A stretch of DNA of 64,000 bases from Lama guanicoe (taxonomy: Eukaryota). The translations under genes were made by a program, and so were the position numbers. Under the pieces are notes generated by a model, which was not told where the DNA came from, did no database searches, and saw nothing but the letters and a program-made list of their open reading frames with translations. The DNA lies in assembly GCA_013239625.1 (NCBI GenBank), contig MU053810.1, forward strand, positions 6,730,122-6,794,121, in the 5' to 3' direction. Each line of letters starts with the position of its first letter. The stretch's first letter is position 1. Positions 26,520 through 41,740 of the stretch are shown one piece after another.

Positions 26520-29500
26520 AAAAGAAGGGAGGGAGAGAAGGAGAGAGGAAGTGTGGAAGGAGAGACAATAATAAGCTCATTTTTGGATGCACTGACTGTA
26601 AGTATTCTATGCGATGTCCTGTCCAGACCTAGCTTCGTTGTAGTTAATAAAATCTATAATAAGAAGCAAACAAAAAGAAGGCTAGGATGTCTCAATGTTT
26701 TTCAAATCCCAGTATTTAACCTTTTCTTGATAAATACTGTGTATGTAAATATACATTTAACAAATTACTGTAAAATATATGCCCCTTCCCAAATCCCAAG
26801 TTAATAACGCATTTCATAAGAAACCTTGGTTGGAGAAGAAATGAAGAAAAACTAGGCCACTGAGCTGAAGATTTATGAATGACAATGACAGTACTGAGCT
26901 GCCATTTTTATGTACCAGTAATGACAGCTGCTCATGCCCCCCCCACACTGATCACTATGCTAGACATCTTACTTACATCTAAGGTCCAAGATGTACTTTA
27001 TTATCCCCATTTTAACGGTAGAGACTTACCGTTAATGGGGTTCACTAGTTTGCCTATAGTTACCAAAATAGTAAACTCATAAATTATTCCTTTACTGAAA
27101 GGTACATTTTCAAAGTACATATTTCAAGGGAAAAACGTCCCCATTTTCATTCCAATATGAGAGGCTAATGATAGACATGAAGACATTTTATTTAATGAGT
27201 GAGAAGCAGCGTGTGAACCACGTTGGCCAGTGAGTAACTAAGGACAGAAGAACATACCCAAGCGCTGGCCGAGTGCGCACAGGGTATAAACTGGTCGCAG
27301 GTTTAGGAGGGTGGGGAGAGAAAAAAAGAGAAGCATTCAGAGCCAGGGGGAGAAAATGTGTCACACCAAAGCCACCAATTTCCTTTTACCTTTAACATCA
27401 TGTCTTGGGAACTCACTATGCTTTGCCTACAGGTTGGTTACCCCCAAGCTTGTTGAAAAGAAGCCTTTGTGAAGGTCTACAGAGGACGCACCCTCCATTT
27501 TTAAGGACTTGGCTCTTCACCACGGGAAGTTTTTTCAGATGCTACAAAATTCAGTCAGTGGACCAGTAGTGAGACACTCTAGGCATTATGAGTTTTTAAA
27601 TTATTGCTGTTTTGGAAATAGCTTTCTGAGCATTCCCCTCATTACAAACACACAGGCACAGATCATCCACCCATTTCACCAAATGTGACGTTTTAAGCTA
27701 GTTTTGAAGTCAGCTTGATTGCCTTTTTGGATACTGAACACAGTGAATGAGGAGGAAAAAGGAAACAGAGAAAAGAATATTAGGCTTTTCAAATATGTAC
27801 GAAATAGAAGAACACTTTCGCTTTATTTTATAAATAAAGACACAATACCAGAGGGAGAAAATTAACCTCTGCTACGTCAGCAGATACAAGGTCCAGTGCT
27901 TCCGGAAGAGGAAAGCTTAGGAGGTAAAGTGGTCAGAAGTCAGTCCAGTCCGGCGCTTGTCCCGAAGCTCTGACAGTGAAAGGTGTGAAGCTCCTGGTTT
28001 AGGCCTGATGTTTTCAGGAACTGAGCAACAGTTTCCTAACAGTGTCGCACACAGCGGTTCCACTTTCCTAATTGACCCCTGAAGTGTTATTTGCTTCAGT
28101 TCAGTGAAGTTGGCTGTGAATTAAACCACTTTCACAGGTGAAGGAGGCGTTACCGTGCTTTGGGGTTTCTGTCAGTAGGTATGTGTGAACAGGTTTATTT
28201 ATAAGAGAAGATGACTGGGTCATGGGAGCACCGTGACAGATGCCAGGGGTGAGACTTTTGTCGACGAAGTTGCCTTTTAATAAGGATTTGAAGGATTTCT
28301 GGGCCTTTGAGAATTGCCTCCTGCTTTGTACAAGGAAAAGTCTTGCTGCTCAAATACTTCCCAGGGCCACCATCCCCCTCCGGGTCACTCTGCTCCCACA
28401 ATCCTGACCGAACACGTGAAGGATGCAGCTGATACCCTGATGGAGGACAGACCACAAGGGTAACACTTGGAACTAGCCGATGTTGAATCCTAGCACTTAA
28501 ACTATCCAGGTTTGCTGTCCTTTGAAGTAGGAGGCTGGAAACCAATCATTTAGGCAGGACTATGTATATTCAAGCATTTTATACATGATTTGCTTTAAAA
28601 AGAAGTAGCTACAAAGTCCCTGAGTGTTTTCTAAATTATTCTTCCTGTATTTGGCAAGATATATGGTTCCATACACAGGAAATATTTAGGGTGAAAATAC
28701 ATGTCCTGTAAGTGTTTAACTAATTATCTAAAGTTGGAGTCAAACTGCAAAAAGTAAAAAAATACTTAATACAAATTACTACACACATGAAGGGATGGTG
28801 GTGATTATGTCCTCATACCACCATGGGCTAAAACTTACTACTTTGCACTTGGCTCCTTTTGTTCTAAAGCAACAAAACAGGGGTAAATTAAATAGATAAA
28901 TTAAATTAAAAGTATAAAGTATATACCTAACTTTAAAATTGTATAATATATACAATAACATTTTTGAGTTATCATGACAGTAGATGAGATATGACACAGC
29001 CCCTCTAAAATTCCCAATGTAATGCTCCTGAAAAAATAAAAAGAAATCAAAGGGTCACAGATGTAAAAGCTAAAGGCAGAGATGATAAGATTCCACAGTG
29101 TCTGAAGTGATTCTACCCACTGCTTGGTAGATGGTGCAGAACTAACAAGCATTTCTTAAATGAAACACCTCACACCTTATTCCCTGAACCAGAGTAAGAT
29201 ATGAACGCCCAAAGATAACAGAGAAAGATCTGCAATCACCCTCCTTGCCAGGGTCTAACTCTGAGACCCATAGGCTCTTGCCAAACAAAACAAACAGATT
29301 TAAACATTTTTGGTTGTGTCCTGTGAAGGAGCCTTTCTCCATCAGTCAGTCCTGGGGCCTCCTAGTCCTTTACCATCCTCCCCTATCAGCTCCTCTCTTC
29401 TCCATCCATTCACAGACTACAACTCCCAGAATGCAGCATTCAGAAACGTGATGCTCAGCTCCCTATGGAAAAGCACAGCGAGGTGGAGACAAGCACACAG

Positions 29501-31462
29501 AGAGGACGATGCTGGAAAGTACCGGGAGCCTCCCTGGTCTGTCTTCCCATTGCTCCACAAGAAGAGGTGCTTAGTGGAAATATTTCATCCTAACAAATAT
29601 AATAAGTGTAGGAACAGATGACTATTTTTTAAACTTTTATGACCTCAGTTTATGTGTTCAAAAGAAATAATGTTTTGTTGAAGATTAAATTATGGTGCAT
29701 GACTTACGATAGAAGACTATACCATCCTTTATGATCACACTTTCAAAAATATCAGCAAATACGGGAAAGCTCTCAGGATTTATATTAAGTGAAAAAAACA
29801 AGAAGCACATAAAAGATATAAACAGTTTACAATGTGATATTGGTCATGCTTAAAATGTATTTGTATATATGAATACATATGTACACATATACACACACAT
29901 AAATGAAAGTAGACTTATCACCTATTATTCTTAATTTAATCCTTAATTTATTCTAGAAAACAGGCCATAAAGGGGCTACACATAAGAACCAATGGGAAAA
30001 ATGTGTTGCTCTGTATGTTTCTATGAAGACATCCAACTAGAAATTATACTTTCTATAGTTATCAAAAAGAGCAAAACAAAAACAAAGAAACACAAAATCT
30101 GAAGCTACAGTTCTGCCTCCTATTTTCTCTCTTGATGCTCTTATGAGCAAACTGCATGCTCCTCTGAGAGAACACTCATTCGTGAGCAGCGGTGAGATTA
30201 TGACAAGATCCTTACAGTTAACTTTTGTTTTTAGTTTTATTTTGTTACAATGAAAAAAATTTTATTTCTAAAATGTGCATAAATTCTTGTTAGATTCAGT
30301 TCAAAACCTTACTATAAATGTATATTAAGCAAATTTATAGGTGTATGTGTATATGTGTATACATATACACATGTGTGTATATATGTCTATGTACACACAC
30401 ACATAGTTAACGGTCTTGACAGTGACTCTCTGGTGTTAGTATTAGGTATGCATGTACTCCTTAGCATTTAAAATTTTTTCTAAAATTAGAAAAAAGGCTA
30501 ATTTAAACAAGAAACTACTCTAATATCTGTTAGAAGAGCTCAGTAAATAGTAAGCTAGCATAACTGAATCTTTTTGTTTAATCCATGCAGATAGTGGGAA
30601 CATAAACTTAAACTTTCTAAATGTGACTGCCTAAAATGTGGCTACCAGAAAGATGCCATTTATCTATGAGCTAATAAATTGGCAGAGAGGTAAAAAATAT
30701 ATCTCTTGAGAAGTAGACAAGTTTAGAAACAAATGAGCTCTGAATACGATCAATGATTTAATAATTCAGTTTTCTTATATAATGGACAAAAATAGTACAA
30801 GAGTTGGTAAATAGAACAATAATGACAGGCCATTAGAAACTGGGAGACTTTATTTCAGAATAAAAATATTTGTAACGTGTATCTTGGAAATTTTTGCTGT
30901 GATTTCTGGCAGAATGATAACCAGCTTCAAGATTTGGTAAGACAAAAAAATTTAAAAAGACATTGAAAAAATTCATTTGCAAAAATAGTGCAAATATGTG
31001 AGTTGCCTACAAGTCAGGTGCAGGGAGACTGCAGCCTGGTGCAGTGGATGAAATGAGAGATTTTGAGTTAGCTGCCCTAAATGCCAATCTGGGCTCCACC
31101 ACTAGACATATGTCCTGGGACAAATCCCTTAAGTTCTGGGGGCCTCCCTTTCCTCAACAGTTTAATGAAAATAATGCAAAATCCTATAGTATTTATGGAA
31201 GTACTTTATAAACCACGGATAAATGGAGAAATGCCAGTTTTATTCTTAACGTACGTTAATTACTTTTGATATTTGCCATATTTGAATGAACAATCTGTTT
31301 AGTCCTCCTGTACAATTATCTTCAAATGAAAAGAAGCTTCTGAATACTGTGCAGTCAGAACGGAGTATGTAGGGAAATGGAAAGAAACAGACAAGGCAAA
31401 CTGAGTGTCCTTAATGCAGTAACAGAGCTATTAGTATGATGGTAAAGGCAGGGGGAGCCAGG

Positions 31463-31994
31463 TGTATTAATGCTCTACTGCTACATCACAAATTGCTACA
31501 AACTTAACGGCTTAAAACAATACACATCTATTATCTCATGGTATCTATGGGTTAGCAATCTAGCCTTTGCCAGTCTTTGGGTCTCTCCTGAGACAGCAAC
31601 GAAAGTGTTATGCAGAGTTGGGAGTTCTCATCTGAAGGCTCAACTGGGAAAGGCTACACTTCCAAGCTCATGTGATTGTTGAAAGGCTTTGGTTCCTCGA
31701 AGGTCCAGGAAATGAGGTCCTTAATCCCTGCTGGCTGTTGGCTGAAGGCCATGTTCAGTTCCTTGCCATGGAGACCTCTCCAACATAACAACTTTCTTCA
31801 TCAAAGCCAGCAAGAGAGTCTGCTAGCAAGATGGCATTCATTATCTTTTGTAACCTCATTGTGGAAGTGACAATCTCTCAATATTGATGTGTTTTATGAA
31901 TTAGAAATGGATTGGTCAAAGGGAGGGGAGTACACAGGCTGTGAAAACCAGGAGGCAGGGATCACTGGGGCCATCTTAGAAGCTACCTACCACA
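31463..31994 (-). mobile_element. MLT1-type (ERVL-MaLR) solo LTR
   Basis: tgtattaatgctctactgct...ggcttaaaacaatacacatctattatctca at the left end and ggggccatcttagaagctacctaccaca at the right end. Confidence 0.85.
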
Positions 31995-32149
31995 AAAGGA
32001 GACCCTACTTTGAAATAATTAGAAATGCTATTATCTACCTGTGTTCAAAGCAAATGATGTAAGAAGAATATAGAACAAAAAGCCATTAAATACTTAGGGC
32101 ATGCATTTAAAGAAAGAATAATGTAAAAAATAACTTTAAGGAAGATTTT

Positions 32150-32785
32150 CTCCCCATTATGGTTTATTACAGGATAGTGAATATAGCTCCCAGTGCTCTA
32201 CAGTAGAAGCTTGTTGTTTTATCTATTTTCCCTATAGTAGTTTGTATCTGCTAATCCAAGACTCCTAATTTATCCCTCCCCCATCTCCTTTTCCCTTTGG
32301 CGACCGTAAGTTCATTTTCTATGTCTGTGAGTCTGTTTGTTTTGTAAATAAGTTCATTTGTATCATGTTTTAGAGTCACACAGTAAGTGATAGCATATGA
32401 TACATATGTTTTTCTGTTTCTGGCTTACTTCACTTAGTATGATAATCTCTAGGTCCATCCATGTTGCTGCAAATGGCATTATTTATTCCTTTTTATGGCT
32501 GAGTAGTATTCCATTATATATATACCACATCTTCTTTATCCAGTCAGCTACAGATGGACATTTGGGTTATTTCCATGTCTTGGCTATTGTAAATAGTGCT
32601 GCTGTGAACATTGGGGTGCATGTACCTTTTTGAATTAGAGTTTTCTCTGGATATATGCCTGGGAGTGGGATTGCTGGATAACACAGTATCTCTATTTTTA
32701 GTTTTTTAAGGAACCTCCATAGTGTTTTCCATAGTGGCCGCACTGATTTACATTCCCACCAACAGTGTAGGAGGAGTCCCTTTTT
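32150..32785 (-). mobile_element. Antisense L1 3' region fragment
   Basis: tctggcttacttcacttagtatgataatctctaggtccatccatgttgctgcaaatggcatt...tttacattcccaccaacagtg. Confidence 0.92.
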
Positions 32786-33303
32786 TAAAAGAAGATATTT
32801 TTTAAAGATGAAAAGAAATCTACCAAGGATGTTTTCTCCAGTGGAGTCTAATTCATTATCAAGTTCCTAATTCTGAGATTGTTTCACATGGCTCATGACT
32901 AGGAGCTGTTGAGAAATGAGTTTTTTGGTTGTAATATTTTTAAACAAAGAGAAAACCATGATCATAGTGTGTTGGGAGAAATAATTTGGATCTTTTCAAG
33001 AATTTATATCTATGTTTAAATTGTAGCTAAGAAAGAGTGAAGACTTTAAGTTAAACCTGGCAGATTGAACGTGTTTATGTCTGCTGCTTCTGGAAACTCT
33101 AGTTAAATAACCGTAAAACACTTAAGGCCAAAGAGAGTATGAGTAGAAATGACAACAAATGATAGACATCAGCAGAATTCTGGTTGATGTAAAGCAGATG
33201 GCAGTGTGGGACTCGATGGAGAAGCTAAAGAAAGAGGAACTCTGCACCCGAAGAGAAGGAGGGCCCTCAGAGGTCTGTCCATCATCTTTTTTGGAGGGAT
33301 TTG

Positions 33304-33304
33304 T

Positions 33305-33336
<32 letters not shown>

Positions 33337-33340
33337 TAAT
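33304..33340. repeat. (AAT)n microsatellite at the edge of a MIR
   Basis: taataataataat run. Confidence 0.9.
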
Positions 33341-33585
33341 GACATCTAATGAGTGTGGCTACATTCCAATTACTTTTAAAGGGACTTAACATGGAACAAC
33401 TTATTGTTCCTTACAACAATCCTTTGAGAGGCATTATCATCTCCATTTTACCTACAGGAAACCTGAGGCACAGAAAAGTTAAGGAAGTTTTACAAGGTCA
33501 CACAGCCAATGAGTGGTAGAGCTGGGGTTTAAACTCAGCTTGAGTCTAACTGGAGCTGGAAATGGTTATCGCTACGCCTTACTGT
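33341..33585 (-). mobile_element. MIR SINE
   Basis: ccattttacctacaggaaacctgaggcacagaaaagttaagg...aaggtcacacagc...gagctggggtttaaactcag. Confidence 0.75.
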
Positions 33586-34617
33586 CCGCCCTTATACAGG
33601 AAGGGTAGAGTCTTAAGGCAAAGGCAGTGGCCGGTCCCTGAAGGGGGCTGGATGTTGTCCACTGCCTGGTGCCCTAGAACTCTGGCTTATTCAGGGTATT
33701 AAACAAGGAGGGGCTAAACTGAATAATGCTATTTATTGGGTAAAAATAATCTTCAAGTAAAAAGAAATGAAAGCTATAACTAAAGATAAAAGAATGCATT
33801 TAACAAATGGGGAAATGAATGCTAAAAAACAAAATTGGAATTGTTCCTGAAGAGAAACTGTGAAATCAGCTCAGAGATAGAACAACTCAGTCAGAGAGAA
33901 GATCGAGCCGTAATCATGGGAGGCCAGGAACTGATTCCGTGGTCTTCAACTCCAACCAACATCAGCATCGCCTGTGGTGGTGTTATGAAAGCCCAGATTT
34001 CCCTTGTGAAAGCTTGGATTCAGTAGTTACGGGGCACAGCCTGAATAACCTGCTTTTTAAAAATGCTCTACAGATGGTTTTAACTTAGCACAGATTAAGA
34101 GCTCCTGATACTAGTGTATAGCCCAGAAGCCAGCCACACATGGAGCTGGGCTAGCCACAGCTCAGACCAAGACCAGCGAAGAGTGAGGAAAGTGCCCAAG
34201 ACCTAGTAAAATGCAGTAGGAATTCTATTTCTAGAAAAACGCTCTACATATACACGCATTCAAAATATGTAAAGATGTGTGTCCAGGGATATTCACTCAA
34301 GCGTCGTGTGTAACAGAGAAACAATGGAAACATTCTCCACTCAGATGGACAGCTCAGATCTGTAATTCATGTTACACCCATACAAAATGCAAAACCATAA
34401 ACTTCAGAATAATAAATGGATCTGATTCTGTTGCTGTAAAAAAAATCTTTAAGAGAAATTATAAATGAAAAGAAAGTTGCATAACAGTATGAAAATATGA
34501 TTGTATATATATGAAAAAGGAATGTCTGGCTGCACACTCAATGGGCTAATAAGATTATTTACCTCTGGGGTAGATGGCTTGGGGATTGAGGAGGTAGGGA
34601 AAGAGAGGGGGATTTTT

Positions 34618-34766
34618 ACTTTGGTTTGTTTGTTTCAAGGGGAGGTAACTGGGTTTATTTATTTATTTATTTATTTATTTATTAAATTGAGGTTCTGGGG
34701 ATCGAATCCAGGACCTGTTGCATGCTAAGCACACACTCTACCACTGAGCTACACCCTCCCCTCCCC
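34618..34766 (-). mobile_element. tRNA-derived SINE, full copy (camelid Vic-1-like)
   Basis: The reverse complement reads ggagggtgtagctcagtggtagagtgtgtgcttagcatgcaacaggtcctggattcgatccccag, then (taaa)n, acctcccc and an A-rich tail. Confidence 0.88.
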
Positions 34767-34811
34767 GAATTTTAACTTTTTAATGTATCTTATGGTGCTA
34801 GTTAACTTTTT

Positions 34812-34996
34812 TATAATGAGAATATATTACATTTTGTAGTAAGGGCATTAAAAATGCATGAAAAGATTTCTAACTAATTCACTGTAATCACTATAAATGC
34901 CTATATAATGAGAATATATTACATTTTGTAGTAAGGGCTTTTAAAAAATGCATGAAAAGATTTCTAACTAATTCACTGTAATCACTATAAATGCCT
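34812..34996. repeat. ~92-bp near-perfect tandem duplication
   Basis: Copy 1 (34812-34902) and copy 2 (34904-34996) differ only at gggcattaaaaatg versus gggctttttaaaaaatg. Confidence 0.93.
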
Positions 34997-37900
34997 GGCT
35001 GTTGTGGGGTCTGGAGGGGTTGTTTCTTAGTACTGGGGATCCGAGAGCCAAATGGAGAAGGTACCATACGTGGTATCTATGAATTGACGTTACATGGAAG
35101 TGGCAAGATGTAGAAAAATGACCTCAGAGAAACTGGAGGATCTTAGGAACCCCAGACAGAACTCGATAAAGAAAGATGCAACAGAATTCACAAAAAAAGA
35201 GTTGAGGTACAGCATTTTGAGAAGAAATGAGAAAAAATGATGAAGAGACACAATACACAATAAGATAATTATTTTTAAAGCCAAGAAGAGAATACACAAA
35301 GTGCTTGATTGCTGTTCCACTTCCTGGTCCTTAGGCAGCACTTGGCCCTTGGCCCTTGGCCATGGCCCATCGGCTTACTTTAGCTTTGTGGGTCATCCTT
35401 TCTTCCACAAAGCTAAGAGAGAAGAGTGTCCCAATTTGCAGAAGAAAGTGTGCAGAACATATAAAACAACAGGTTCTATAAACCACAACTTAAAGCCTAA
35501 AAAAGTAATTATTCAAGCCACAGCCAAGAGCCAGGCTCAGAATTGGACTTTCAATCACATCTCCTGTGGTGGAGAAGTCATCATGGCGGGTACCAACTCT
35601 CAATGCCCTGGGCAGAAGCAAGCATGTCTTTCTTGAGAAGCAGAGGAATACAGTGGAAAGATGTTAGTATCTGGAGACACAGGGACTGCACTGCCACTTA
35701 CTAACTGCATGATCTTGAGCAGATCATTCTGACCACCTCCTTCTTCATCTGGAAAGCTGAGTGAATAACTCCCTCCCTCCCTCCCTCTTATGTGAAAGCA
35801 CTGTATCACCTGGAGTGGTACAATGACTTCTCCTGAGTTTATTCCTTAAGGATGGATGCAAAACTCTTTTCATTTCTGTTTAAATTGAGCAGTAGGTGAT
35901 TTTACCTGATCCTTATAAATTCTCTCTCAATCACAAATGAACATAAACATCAAGTTCCTATGATGAGGGAACTGCTCAGCCAGCCCAATTCAGTCTGAGT
36001 CATTCACTGCCTCGCTCCTTTTGGAGAGGACACATTCTTATTACTCAGTTCCAAATAAAGGGCTGAAAATAAAAATCTAAGTTTAACTGTAGGTTTCCAT
36101 AAAAGCTCTTCAAGAATTAGTAAGTGGTGACAAATGGATTTTTCTCAATATATTTTTAGTCCTCCACCTCTTCAGTTTCTTGTTCTGCAGAGCTGTTTAA
36201 CACATAATCCTGTAATCATTACCAATAACAAAAGTCTATCTGTACATGGAATTGTTCCTGTTTATTACACACACAATTATGTTTTCCTGAGCAGAGATAC
36301 TTTGTAGGTTTAGTGACTTGCCTGTGATGACAGAGTTTAAACATGTCAAAGGTGGGATTACCCTAAATTGTCAACATTTTCAAAGAATGTTCCCTCTTCT
36401 TTTTAATAAAAAAAAAATGGTTCAGTATCCAAAAATTGCGTTTCCTTATTGGTAAATGTCAAGTTACTAATTGCCCCACAACCTAAGTATTTCAAAGTCA
36501 GTGTTCTTTAGATAATTACTCTTCTATATTTAGACACAGGCCTTTCCTTTTGAAATTCTTGCAATATACTACCCCACCCCTCCTTGTCTCTATGGGAACT
36601 GAACTCTCAGGCATTTCCCATGCACAGAACCTTCCATCAACTGCCATTCATTGTCCTCTGCACTTCCATGTACCCTAATTCCACAATTCCTCCACCTCCT
36701 CTACTCCATTGTCTTCCTTGGCCTAGAGGAGATCTACATGGCCATGTCCTGGATCACGTGGCAAGCTAGTATCACCCGGAGAAGTTGTCTTCTGAACCAT
36801 AGGCCACAGGCTCAACACTACAGAAATAAAGGTGTTTTGATGAACACTACTTGCTTATTACCTTGAGAACATCTTTATATTGGTGAATAGAAGTTGTACT
36901 CCATATTTTTCTAGAGGTTTTCTATCTAAAACACAAATCTGATAATATCTCACCCATGTCTAGAAATCACTTTTGGCTTCCTGCTTTTCTTTAAATAAAA
37001 TTTACATTGCTTACAATGGCCTACAAATTCCCCTTGCTTTATGTCCCCACCATCCTTTGTTAGTCCTCTCTTCCAATACCATCTCCATCTATCCATATTG
37101 TAGCCACATGGATTTCGCAGGCTTTCATAACTCCATGCCTGTATTTGTACCATTAATCCTAAAATATTCTCCCCCCCCCTTTTTTTTTGCCCAGCAACCT
37201 CCCTACTCGTTATTCCAGAAAGCAAATATTTCCTCCTTCCTGTAGCCTTTCCTGTATTCCATAGGTAGTAGCCCCTCTGTGCTCACAGTGCCTTTTGTTC
37301 CTCTGTTTCGGAACATATTATGTTGCATTATGATACCATTTTAATACTATGTCTCTCTCCTCGACTGGGCAGTATGTTCAATTTATGCTAACTGAATGAA
37401 CGAATGAAAGTGTTTTTCATTTAGGAATCATCAGCTCCAAATTCAGCTGCCTTCTTAGGTTGAACAAACTTAATGCACTGTGATAAACTCAGAAACACGG
37501 TAAAATGTCCAAGTCACAAAAAAAAGGGGCAGCTCTTGGAATAACCTTTGGTAAGAGTCACTGAGTAAGATGTGTCACCATGTTCTCATAAGGCAAGTGC
37601 AATAGCCTTATGATGTGTCATGAATAGTTTAATTTTAGAGGCACTAACAAAAAGATAAATTATTTAAAAATATTTTTCTTACTGGTTGTCACAGTGCCTA
37701 AAATATCTACCATCAGAATGACTTTTTATATCTTCAAAAAATCCCTAATGAAATTTATCTTAAAGGATTAGAGTGATGATAGCTAAATGAAAGTCACTTA
37801 GGATAATATATATGAGTTCTTGATAGGGAAGTTTTGGTGGAAACAGAAGGAAAGAAACCATTCAGGATGTGGTCTACTGCTCAGACTGGGAGAGCCCAGT

Positions 37901-38705
37901 GAGGCTGGCTCCAGGATGCCAGGGGGAGCTGGCACCCAGGTTGGAAAGGGTTTGGTACTGACGCAAGAAGAGGTGCTGAAAAGAGAGGCAGAGAGAGACC
38001 AAGAAAGGGAGGAGCAGATCCTGAGCCTGTTTCCCATTGCTTCTTGGAAAGACGTCTCTCCAAGCGTGTGGTCACATCAAAATTCCTAATTTATGCAAGA
38101 CCTTAAAAAGAACTTTAGCATGCATTTATTTTCTCTGCATATGTGTTTATTTATCTGGATAACTGAGGAGTAGTGTTTATTTGATAGACTTTTAACCTTT
38201 CCTCTTGCTGCTGACTCACTAGCAGCAGGCTGGCTGTGGGGAGTGGGAAGCACACTTAGCGGCAGCCGCTTCCAAGGGCTGTCAGATGGGCCGCCTACCT
38301 TTCCACTGAGTCTAGACAGGTTCTAAGCTCTGTGGATTCTAATTTGCAACATTTCATGACCATAGGCCAGTTTGGGCTGTTCTTGAACATGACAGAAATG
38401 GAATCATTGAGTGTATATTCTTTCTTGAGACTGAATGACTATTACATTCTTGGCCCAGTAACCAGCTTCACACTGGCATTACAGTGCCTTTATAAAGCCT
38501 CTGACTTAATTTGTGAAATAAATAAATAAATAAAGGAAAGGCCCGTTTTCTTGTGTGTGTTAGGATCGAGGAGGCGAAAGACACTGATCCTGTGTGAGTG
38601 GGATGAAACTAGAATTCTTTTGTGGTGTCACACTGAAGCAGTTAGGTAAGAAGGGCCAGTGGGGGATTTTGTTTCTTTGAACTCAAACTGATGGGAAAGT
38701 AAGAA

Positions 38706-38853
38706 CAAAAAAAAAAAAAAAAAAAGGGAAAAAAAAAAAAAAAGGGAAAAAAAAAAAAAAAGGTATGCAAACTACTGTTGCTCTCTTGCCAGTTATTAGA
38801 AAGACAGGAACAAGGCAAAAAAAAACAAAAACCAAAAAAACAAAAACAAAAAA
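38706..38853. repeat. A-rich low-complexity tracts ((A)nGGG repeats and (CAAAA)n-like)
   Basis: Long A runs punctuated by ggg at 38706-38763 and an A/C tract at 38817-38853. Confidence 0.85.
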
Positions 38854-39169
38854 CAGGCAGAATAGGGCAGACCTGGGAGGTAGGACCGAGGTCTCTTACG
38901 AAAAACGAAAAGGGAAGCCATGAAAAGGAAGAGATCAGGCCCCGCCTCCATTGGTCAGGAATGAAGGATGTTTTGACAGTCGTTGCAGGGTCTTCTCTGT
39001 TACAGCAGTCACCAGGCCAACCGGTAATGGAATTCATGTGTTCCCTTTAATCCCATTTCAACCCTCCCAGTACAGCTACTGTGGTGTCAAAGTGTTTCAC
39101 CAGAGTTTTTTGGTTATCGTTTTTGTATTAGTAACCCTCCCTTTCCGCTTTTACTTCCTACTTGTGTGA

Positions 39170-41740
<2,571 letters not shown>

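Noticed and set aside
28195..28545. 116-aa minus-strand ORF in non-repeat DNA
   Set aside because: No recognisable domain; length is within chance expectation.
38642..39050. Phe-rich and Lys-rich ORFs
   Set aside because: Produced by poly(A) low-complexity tracts; no TSD was found to call the tract an insertion.
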